Source: an uncultured archaeon
Lineage (GTDB): Archaea > Thermoplasmatota > Penumbrarchaeia > JASLWR01
Direction of reading: 5' to 3'
DNA length: 15,310 bases
Assembly: GCA_964430885.1 (NCBI GenBank)
Contig: CAYSHM010000037.1
Location: forward strand, 1-15,310
Positions within the stretch are counted from its first letter, which is position 1, and each line of letters starts with the position of its first letter. The notes under the pieces were generated by a model that ran no database searches, was not told the origin of the DNA, and saw only the letters and a program-made list of their open reading frames with translations. The position numbers and the translations under genes were made by a program. Positions 1-7,800 of the stretch are shown here, piece by piece.

Positions 1-95
1 GGGTGGATTGAAATTGCCCGAATTTCTGCACAAATTTGTGTGAGGAGCCAAAAAACTAACCATTTGATTTCTGGCTAATATCATCCCCATCTTTT

Positions 96-254
96 TTTGA
101 AAATATATTCAAAATTATTTTTGAATTCTGTTCTGGTATTTTTATATAACATCAAGCTATTTAGCAAAGGTTATATTGAGGTAAAAAATCATTGGTATTG
201 CCATAAATAATTGGAATGCTTGATTTGTATCAGAACATTTGAAAATAAATTCAA
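96..254. promoter_or_regulatory. Two copies of a palindromic operator-like motif TTGAA-N6-TTCAA
   Basis: TTTGAAAATATATTCAA (96-112) and TTTGAAAATAAATTCAA (238-254): 16/17 identical, both dyad-symmetric, one on each side of the candidate TATA pair. Confidence 0.45.
140..178. promoter_or_regulatory. Candidate back-to-back (divergent) archaeal TATA boxes
   Basis: Plus strand CAAAGG-TTATATTG (165-178); minus strand GTTATATAAAAA (ends ~139-150). ATATAAC (144-150) and GTTATAT (170-176) form an inverted pair. Confidence 0.4.
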
Positions 255-320
255 TGATCTGATCTGAGCTTATACCATTGTGATGCCGTCAGTGTAATAT
301 AGAAGAAAGAGGCTGTTAAT

Positions 321-3300
321 ATGAGGAGTGAGAGCAGAGTATTCTTTACAATTTGGATGTCCTTTGTCCTTTTAGGGACTTTTTTTGTAAGTGTGGATTT
401 AAATTTTTTAGGTGATTTCAATCCTGTGACTACAGGTAATGCAGCAACCATCATAGTTGATGATGACCCAGGTCAGGATTATACAACAATTCAGAGTGCA
501 GTTAATAATGCCGATGATGGCGATACGATTGAAATATATCCTGGAGATTATTACGAGAGTGTTTCAATATCTGGAAATAATCTAAATATTATCGGTTCGG
601 GGATTGATCTGACCACCGTTGATTCCAGCGGTGTGATCACTTTCTATATCTCCGGTGACAATAATGTTATATCAAACCTACATGCGACAGGAGGATTCAG
701 CGGGTTCTTTTTCGATTTCGCTATCAACAACACGATATCCGGATGCAAAGTTACTGGACATGCAGATGCAGGGGTTTACTTCGATGACTCACAGAACAAT
801 ACGGTAATAAACTGCAATCTATCCGACAATCTTGTAGGTGCTACTTTCCAGCATTCCAGCAAGAACAATACTTTGATTTATAGTGAAATCAATGAGAATG
901 ATTATAATGCGATTACAATGAAAGGGTTCGGAAATAATAGTATTCTAGCTAACAATATTATGGAAAACAATGATCTTGGAGGTGCACAGAATTATCCAAC
1001 CATATGGATCGAGTCCCATAATAATACAATTTCAAAGAATTATATATATGACCAATTGGCAACAGGTATATTTGTCTCTGAAGCCAGGAACAATTTGATA
1101 GCTTTCAATGATGTAGGACTGAACCTCCGAGGATTTACCGTAACAGATGGCAGTACTCTCAATAAGATAGTCAATAATACTATATTCTCAAATTATTTCA
1201 ATGGAGTAGAACTGAAGGAATCAAGCTCAAATAATACCCTAGCCGGCAACAGTTTCTATGATAATAATTTCCTGGGAGGTAATGATTATCCCGCAGTTTG
1301 GGCTGATACAGCTAACAATTCCATGATAGATAACCAAATAGACGCAGGAGGTTACACCGGAATATTTATCAGGGATACTTCAAATAATTATTTGGATAAC
1401 AACACTGTATCGAATTCCATTCACGGTATTTATTTCTTCAATACCTTCGATATGCATCTGTCCAATAATACATGCGTCCATGCTTCATTGGATGGAGTAT
1501 TTGTGGAGGATTCGGAAAACATCACACTTGAAAATAATTTTTGCCATTTCAACAACCGTTACGGAATTGAATTGATCAATACACCAAATAATAAGATCAG
1601 TAGGAATAATCTCTCTTATAACTATATGGATACTTATTGGGGTGAGGTCAGGGGAACAGGTTTTGAGGATGATAATGATGAAGGCTGGGTTCACGGAGGT
1701 GCCCAAGACACATGGGAGAGAGGAACACCTTCCTTCGGACCCAATGGCGCCAACAGCGGTTCTAATGCCTGGGGTACTGACCTGAACAGTTATTATGAAC
1801 CAAATTCCGATTGTTCCCTTTATATGCCGGGTTTTTATGCAGAGGATCATTCAGTTCTGCAGTTCTATCACTGGTATTCAATGGAGAACGGCTGGGATAC
1901 AGGCAAAGTGGAATTTAGTCAGGACGGAGGGATAACCTGGGGCCTACTAGTAGCTTATACTGGGTCTTCCAACGGCTGGCAGGAAGTGAACATTCCTTTG
2001 GATGATTATCCTGGTGATGTAATTATAAGGTTCAGATTCACTACCGACGGTAATGTGGAGCTCGATGGGTGGTTTATTGATGACCTTAAGATATTGAACA
2101 GTGGTCTTCAGGATTTTGATAGTTCAGGAGATGACGGCTGGACACACTCCGGAACTGGCGACATGTGGGAGCATGGTGTTCCTTCACAGGTCCCAGGTGC
2201 CCACAGCGGTGATAGAACATGGGCCACCAACCTGAACGATAAATACGACAATGATACCGAATGTTCATTATATTCTCCCGAGATCAGTATCACAGGAGAT
2301 GAATCACTGGTGTTCTGGCACTGGTATGAGATCGAAGAGGGTTGGGACCGTGCTTATCTGGAGATAACGGATAATGGAGGGGGAGACTGGGATACCTTGA
2401 ACTGGTACGATGATAATTCTGACGGTTGGCTGAGAGAGGAGGTTGCTCTAGATGGATACACCGGGAATGTACAAATCAGGTTCAGGTTCACATCTGACGG
2501 GTCTGTTACCTTCCGAGGCTGGTACATCGATGATGTATTTCTTCTTGGCGGTGGAGGGATGAAGATCTTTAACAGCAGCATTAACGAGATAATATCGAAC
2601 AGAATCATGCATTCCAGCGGTAATGGAATATTCATGAATGCAACCCACACAAACCTTCTTTACGATAATTACGCAAATTACAACAGAGACGATGGAGTAC
2701 ATCTAATGAATTCCTTCAGGACCACTGTAAATACAAGTACATGTGAAAATAACTTGAATAACGGAATAGAAGTAATAAATTCAATGAACACCACCTTGGG
2801 GAATAACACCCTGGTCGGCAATATCAATGGATTGGTACTGGCTGCCGGTTCTCACAGGGCAGTTGTTACGGGAAACCTGATAGAGGACAATCTGGACATG
2901 GGTCATTATCAGCAAAGATCCTCTAGCGCTGTCATATCCGGGAATACTGTGACGGATAATATCAATATGGGTATCTATATCGATACATCTCACCAGAATC
3001 ATATCAGCAGCAATACTGTCACATTCAATGATAACGGCCTTGAACTCTACATTTCTGACGAGAACACCATAGACCGAAATGTTTTCTCAGAGAACTGGGG
3101 GAATGGAATTCAAATGCAGTTCTCCAGTTTCAACAATATCACCAACAACGAAATCAATACCAACTGGGATAATGGTGTCTTTGTTAATTATTCCAATTCC
3201 AACAATTTAATTGATAATATCATTCAGGATAACTGGTGGGACGGGATTCTGATGGATTATTCCGAATATAACAGTTTTATTGGCAATAGTGTTGATTTGA

Positions 3301-6300
3301 ACTGGGATGACGGATTCCAGGCCAACAATTCCAATTTCATAAACATTCTGAACAGTACATTCCTGAGCAACTGGTATAATGGTCTTGTAATCGATAATTC
3401 TTATGGGTACAATATCATCAACAATAACATATCCCTGAACAATGACGGGATTCACAGCTATTATGCCGATTATTTGTACATCATCAATAACACTTTCATG
3501 GATAACTGGGATGACGGAATCAGTCTGAATTATTCGTGGTATGATGTAATATCTGGGAACCTCATCAGCGGAAATGGATATGGTCTTTTCCTGAATTATC
3601 GTTCCGCATATAATTGGATAGATAATAATACCGTGACCGGAAATGTCTACGGGATGCTGGTATTAAAAGAATGCTGGACCAGCATTATTGAGAACAATAC
3701 GATAACAGCCAATGGTATGGGTATTTACCTGGCTGATGATATTGATTTCTTTACCATTAGGTTCAATCATCTCCTCTACAACCAGTATTACGGTGTGGTT
3801 ATAGCGGATAATGAGTCAGAAGGTAATCTGATACATCATAATAATTTTATTGGGAACAACGGCAGCAGCTATCAGGCCTATGACGACGGAATTGGAACCA
3901 TTTGGGATAACGGAGCCGAGGGCAATTTCTGGTCTAATTATACCGCTCTTTATCCTCAGGCAACTCATAATGGTGTAGTATGGGATATTCCATACAAGCC
4001 AACAGGCATTTCCTTGAGCGCAGACCGGTATCCTTTGGTATATTGTGCCCCCGGTCTTGATGAACAGCTTCCGGGAGTGTTGTCCGACAACACACCTATC
4101 CAGGCTACTACCGGGGATCCCTTCAGATTCTCAGTTGAGCTGGGTGATGATCTCGGGATCGTATATGCCAACATCCTTTATTCCTTTGACGGTGTGACTT
4201 TCTTAAATGAGTCCATGCTCATTTCACAGAATGGGGAATGGTACTATGATATTATGGTTCCGAGTGATGCATTGGACCTTTATTACATGTTCTATATGAT
4301 CGATTTCGGAAGGAATCAGGTTACAACGTCTGAGGTCAGCATTCCCGTTGTTGACAATGACGATCCTGTTTTCATTGTAGACAATACGCCATCAACTGCA
4401 TATACCGGAGATGTGATCACCTTCTCGTTAACTGCTGGAGATAATATACTCGTAACAAGTGTCAGCGTTTTCTATTCCTATGATAGTACTAATTATTACG
4501 AATTGGTATTGACTCCTGGAGATGCGGGTCTATGGAGCGGGGACCATCAGATAAATGATCAAGCTGCCCAAATGGATTACTATTTCAGAATAACCGATGG
4601 CTTGAACGAAATAAATACCAATGTTTCCGTGATCACCATCACCGACAATGACCTCCCGAGCATCGAGGGTGACGAGACCGATGAGATAGCCTACACGGGG
4701 GATTACTTCGGATTCAAATTGAACATAGAAGACAATATTGGTGTGGATAGTGTTTGGGTCAACTATACATTTAATAGTTTGGATATTTTGACCCTTGAGC
4801 TTAACTCTTCCAGGGCCGATACCTTTAGGGGTTCATTGCTGATCCCAGATTCTGCACAGTGGCTGGAATACTATCCGGTGGTTTTGGACCTAACTGGAAA
4901 TATGCTAATTGGTAACCTCACCAATATTTCTGTAGCCGACAATGATATACCCCTAGCTGATGCAGGTGACGATCTGGAACTGGATCAGGGCACCTCCTAC
5001 ATACTGAACGCAGGAAACAGTACTGATAATGTTGGTATAGTCAATTATTCCTGGTATATAGTGCTTGAAGGGGATGATTGGGAATTGACCGGAGAACAAG
5101 CAGAATTTGTCTTTGAACTGAATGGCGATTATTTTATAACTCTTGTAGTTAGCGATGAGGCTGGAAATTTAGCATCAGACAGCATCAATGTAACTGTGCT
5201 TGACCGTATTGAACCCACGGCAGCTGCAGGGGATGATTTAATAATTGATCAGTATGAAACGGTAGAACTCAACGGCAATGGCAGCATTGACAATGTTGGG
5301 ATAAAAACATTTACCTGGGATTTCATTTATCAGGGCCGGGAAGTCACTCTAGAGGGCATGAAAACCACCTTTGTTTTCAATATGCCCGGAGATTACTTGA
5401 TCACTTTGACCGTTACAGATGAAATGGGTTATTCGGACAATGATACATTGCTTCTGATAGTGAGAGATATCGAATCGCCGATTGCCAATGCTGGTTCGGA
5501 TATTATTATTGAGAAAGGCACCACTCTTTCATTAGACGGAAGCAACTCCACTGACAACATGGGGATCAAAACTTACAGGTGGTATTTTGAATATGATGGA
5601 TCTGAGGAAATACTTAATGGTGAAATCAATTCATTCATATTTGATATTGCCGGAAATTATAATATTACTCTGAATGTATCCGACGGAGCTTTTAATTTCG
5701 GTGAGGATACCATCCGTGTAAAGGTCATTGACCCGTCTTCTTCTGATGATGATACCACAGGAGATGATGATAATGTTCCTGATGGTAATGAACAGGACGA
5801 CGACAGCAAGAGCTGGCTTGATAGTTCATGGGCGATTATCCTGATAATTATAATAATAATAATCCTGATCAGTCTCTTCCTTTTCCTGGTAATATTCAGG
5901 CGTAGAAAGAAAGAGGATAAAGAAGAAGAAATCGAGACCGATCTGGGATATATCGGTGAGGATGGAACCGGCGATGATGACGAAGTGGAAGTGGATATTA
6001 CAGGGGACTTGATCGAACCTGAAAGGGAGCAACTTGAAGAGAAGTTCACTGAACTTGAGAATCTTTATTATTCCTGTCAGGAGATGGGTATGGATCTTTC
6101 TGAACATGAGAGAGATTACCAGAGCATCAATGACAGGATTGGAGGAGAAGCGTCTGATCCCAAGCTTTATAAGGATATGCTGGCATTGATGAATGTACTT
6201 GACGTGAAGAAGAACGAAATGGAAGAAGGGGCCAAAGAAGGGTCAAAAAAGATTCACAATGAGATTGACGGATTGTTCATAGAAGCTTCCAAGGCAGGTG

Positions 6301-6794
6301 TTGACATTTCATATCATCAAACAGATTACGAGTCTGCCATATCATACTTCAAACAGGGCGATTACGTAAGATCAAAAGCACTCTTCAGCAATGTTCTGAA
6401 TCACCTGAAAAGAGACATGGGGAAAAACAATGACGGGGATATGGATACTTCATTGGAAAACCGACAGAGTGATCTGCATGTTGGAACAGAAGAAGGTATT
6501 GATGTCGGGGAATCCTATGAAGGTCAATTTGCATTACCTCAGGGTGATGAGATGAAATCTAAAGAGACCGAAGAAGATATCGATGACGACATTGGTGATA
6601 TTGATGGAATTTACGACGAAGATATTTCGGATGAGGACCTTAATATGGAGGATCTTGATGAGCTCTTCGGCGACCTTGATGATCTTGAAGACTTAGAAGA
6701 ACTTGAAGAGTTGGATGAAGTTGACGATTCAGATAAATCAGAAGAATTGGGCGACCTCGATGAAATCGAAATAGTCAATGAAAATGAAGAGTGA
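321..6794 (+). CDS. Large membrane-anchored cell-surface protein (NosD/CASH-type parallel beta-helix, 2 MAM-like jelly-roll domains, 3 Ig-like repeats, 3 PKD domains, C-terminal TM, acidic tail)
   Basis: 2157-aa ORF. Hydrophobic N-terminal signal (VFFTIWMSFVLLGTFFV) then ATIIVDDD..DYTTIQSAVNNADDGDTIEIYPGDYYE, a typical beta-helix cap. Many GI.l..S.NN.I..N.I..N rungs; closing motif GNFWSNY...DIPY...DRYPL. Three P.A.AG.D...L.G..S.DN.GI..Y.W PKD repeats. TM WAIILIIIIIIILISLFLFLVIF followed by RRRKK. Confidence 0.9.
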   Translation: MRSESRVFFTIWMSFVLLGTFFVSVDLNFLGDFNPVTTGNAATIIVDDDPGQDYTTIQSAVNNADDGDTIEIYPGDYYESVSISGNNLNIIGSGIDLTTVDSSGVITFYISGDNNVISNLHATGGFSGFFFDFAINNTISGCKVTGHADAGVYFDDSQNNTVINCNLSDNLVGATFQHSSKNNTLIYSEINENDYNAITMKGFGNNSILANNIMENNDLGGAQNYPTIWIESHNNTISKNYIYDQLATGIFVSEARNNLIAFNDVGLNLRGFTVTDGSTLNKIVNNTIFSNYFNGVELKESSSNNTLAGNSFYDNNFLGGNDYPAVWADTANNSMIDNQIDAGGYTGIFIRDTSNNYLDNNTVSNSIHGIYFFNTFDMHLSNNTCVHASLDGVFVEDSENITLENNFCHFNNRYGIELINTPNNKISRNNLSYNYMDTYWGEVRGTGFEDDNDEGWVHGGAQDTWERGTPSFGPNGANSGSNAWGTDLNSYYEPNSDCSLYMPGFYAEDHSVLQFYHWYSMENGWDTGKVEFSQDGGITWGLLVAYTGSSNGWQEVNIPLDDYPGDVIIRFRFTTDGNVELDGWFIDDLKILNSGLQDFDSSGDDGWTHSGTGDMWEHGVPSQVPGAHSGDRTWATNLNDKYDNDTECSLYSPEISITGDESLVFWHWYEIEEGWDRAYLEITDNGGGDWDTLNWYDDNSDGWLREEVALDGYTGNVQIRFRFTSDGSVTFRGWYIDDVFLLGGGGMKIFNSSINEIISNRIMHSSGNGIFMNATHTNLLYDNYANYNRDDGVHLMNSFRTTVNTSTCENNLNNGIEVINSMNTTLGNNTLVGNINGLVLAAGSHRAVVTGNLIEDNLDMGHYQQRSSSAVISGNTVTDNINMGIYIDTSHQNHISSNTVTFNDNGLELYISDENTIDRNVFSENWGNGIQMQFSSFNNITNNEINTNWDNGVFVNYSNSNNLIDNIIQDNWWDGILMDYSEYNSFIGNSVDLNWDDGFQANNSNFINILNSTFLSNWYNGLVIDNSYGYNIINNNISLNNDGIHSYYADYLYIINNTFMDNWDDGISLNYSWYDVISGNLISGNGYGLFLNYRSAYNWIDNNTVTGNVYGMLVLKECWTSIIENNTITANGMGIYLADDIDFFTIRFNHLLYNQYYGVVIADNESEGNLIHHNNFIGNNGSSYQAYDDGIGTIWDNGAEGNFWSNYTALYPQATHNGVVWDIPYKPTGISLSADRYPLVYCAPGLDEQLPGVLSDNTPIQATTGDPFRFSVELGDDLGIVYANILYSFDGVTFLNESMLISQNGEWYYDIMVPSDALDLYYMFYMIDFGRNQVTTSEVSIPVVDNDDPVFIVDNTPSTAYTGDVITFSLTAGDNILVTSVSVFYSYDSTNYYELVLTPGDAGLWSGDHQINDQAAQMDYYFRITDGLNEINTNVSVITITDNDLPSIEGDETDEIAYTGDYFGFKLNIEDNIGVDSVWVNYTFNSLDILTLELNSSRADTFRGSLLIPDSAQWLEYYPVVLDLTGNMLIGNLTNISVADNDIPLADAGDDLELDQGTSYILNAGNSTDNVGIVNYSWYIVLEGDDWELTGEQAEFVFELNGDYFITLVVSDEAGNLASDSINVTVLDRIEPTAAAGDDLIIDQYETVELNGNGSIDNVGIKTFTWDFIYQGREVTLEGMKTTFVFNMPGDYLITLTVTDEMGYSDNDTLLLIVRDIESPIANAGSDIIIEKGTTLSLDGSNSTDNMGIKTYRWYFEYDGSEEILNGEINSFIFDIAGNYNITLNVSDGAFNFGEDTIRVKVIDPSSSDDDTTGDDDNVPDGNEQDDDSKSWLDSSWAIILIIIIIIILISLFLFLVIFRRRKKEDKEEEIETDLGYIGEDGTGDDDEVEVDITGDLIEPEREQLEEKFTELENLYYSCQEMGMDLSEHERDYQSINDRIGGEASDPKLYKDMLALMNVLDVKKNEMEEGAKEGSKKIHNEIDGLFIEASKAGVDISYHQTDYESAISYFKQGDYVRSKALFSNVLNHLKRDMGKNNDGDMDTSLENRQSDLHVGTEEGIDVGESYEGQFALPQGDEMKSKETEEDIDDDIGDIDGIYDEDISDEDLNMEDLDELFGDLDDLEDLEELEELDEVDDSDKSEELGDLDEIEIVNENEE
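1656..2546 (+). repeat. Two tandem ~147-aa MAM-like/immune-inhibitor-A-like jelly-roll domains inside the beta-helix
   Basis: Units ~1656-2096 and ~2106-2546 share GW.H.G..D.WE.G.PS..P.GA.SG...W.T.LN..Y.....CSLY.P...L.F.HWY..E.GWD......DGG..W......S.GW....LD.Y.G.V.IRFRFT.DG.V...GW.IDD. Confidence 0.8.
4056..4937 (+). repeat. Three ~98-aa Ig-like stalk repeats
   Basis: Repeated D...P....D.T...A.TGD...F.....D..G/L....V.Y(S/T)(F/Y) pattern: DNTPIQATTGDPFRF, DNTPSTAYTGDVITF, DETDEIAYTGDYFGF. Confidence 0.7.
4938..5732 (+). repeat. Three PKD domains
   Basis: PLADAGDD..LNAGNSTDNVGIVNYSW, PTAAAGDD..LNGNGSIDNVGIKTFTW, PIANAGSD..LDGSNSTDNMGIKTYRW, each ending G.Y.ITL.V.D. Confidence 0.85.
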
Positions 6795-6944
6795 TTTGAG
6801 ATATATATTTGATGGACTGCCGTCAGCAAGAAATCAAATTGATAGTTCGTACGCTACAAAACCATCTCGCTAATCCTAGCGGCCTTATGACGAAATCTCA
6901 TTGAAATTGTATTGGTGTTACTCAATAGATAATGGACTGATATC

Positions 6945-7712
6945 ATGTTTTTTCAACCATTATTCAAAAAACCCATACTCAATGTCGAGAATGGGGACCA
7001 CCGCATCCTATTATTCGGCGATCTGCATATTGGCCGTGAGTTTCGCGACCGGAAAAAGGGATTGATCCTAAGATACGACATTCAGAACTTCGTTTCTGAC
7101 CTTGTAAATGTTCTAGATGAAATTCAGGCGGATATAATTGTTCTTCTCGGGGATATTAAGGATGATGTGTATAGAAGCGAAAGTGTAACTAACAACCACT
7201 TGATATTGTTATTCAGTCAAATTCTCGCAAAATGCCCAAGACTAGTATTGGTAAAGGGAAATCACGATGGATTGATCGAAAAAGACCTTCCTGAAAATAT
7301 TGAATACATTGGACCGACTGGAGGCGTGGTGGAGGGTATTGGTGTTTTTCATGGGCATGCTTGGCCGTCAAAAGAAGTTTTGTGCTCGAAACTCGTTGTA
7401 ACAGCACACAATCATACCACCTTTGCTTCAGAGCTTAATAGTCGATCTAGTCATTATTATAGATGCTGGATAAAAGGAAAATTGGATTTTCAGAAAGTTG
7501 GTGAATATTACGCCGGCATGAAAAAAGAAACTTTAATAAAATCCGATTTTATTGTCCTTCCCTCATTCAGAAGATTTGGACAGGGTGTAGTGATTAATGG
7601 GGATGATGATTTCATAGGACCAGTACTCAAGAACGGTTTATTAGATCTTGAGAAATCCCATATTTTTCTTCTGGACGGAACAGAACTAGGGCGTCTTTCA
7701 GTCTATAGATGA
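6945..7712 (+). CDS. Calcineurin-like metallophosphoesterase (archaeal COG1407/ICC-like family)
   Basis: 255 aa with ordered metal-binding motifs GDLHIG, LLGDIK, KGNHD, HGH, AHNH and C-terminal IVLPSF...FLLDGT.LG, typical of archaeal members. Confidence 0.85.
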   Translation: MFFQPLFKKPILNVENGDHRILLFGDLHIGREFRDRKKGLILRYDIQNFVSDLVNVLDEIQADIIVLLGDIKDDVYRSESVTNNHLILLFSQILAKCPRLVLVKGNHDGLIEKDLPENIEYIGPTGGVVEGIGVFHGHAWPSKEVLCSKLVVTAHNHTTFASELNSRSSHYYRCWIKGKLDFQKVGEYYAGMKKETLIKSDFIVLPSFRRFGQGVVINGDDDFIGPVLKNGLLDLEKSHIFLLDGTELGRLSVYR

Positions 7713-7719
7713 TATAAGT

Positions 7720-7764
7720 AAAAAAATATAAAAATAAAAAATGGCCGGGAATTCAACCCAGCCA
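7720..7764 (-). terminator. Hairpin plus T-tract terminator for the 2417-aa gene
   Basis: Minus strand TGGCTGGG-TTGAATT-CCCGGCCA (8-bp stem, one G:U) followed by long T-rich tract, ~36 nt after the stop, in the convergent intergenic gap. Confidence 0.75.
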
Positions 7765-7800
7765 ATAACGTCTTCCAGTCAATCATTCAAAATAGCGTAT

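Noticed and set aside
1-90. Start of a leftward CDS (MGMILARNQMVSFLAPH...)
   Set aside because: Only 30 codons are visible and nothing is recognisable; too little to call as a feature.
321-4050. Assignment as nosD or a pectate lyase
   Set aside because: Only the beta-helix fold is shared; there are no nos genes nearby and no catalytic motif could be identified.
5844-5864. ATA triplet run as a phase-variation tract
   Set aside because: Short, interrupted and in-frame; it simply encodes poly-Ile in the TM helix.
251-6829. Short minus-strand ORFs overlapping gene 1 (e.g. 1485-1850, 5657-6049, 6611-6829)
   Set aside because: Antisense shadows of a long coherent CDS, with low-complexity Ile/Ser-rich translations and no recognisable motifs.
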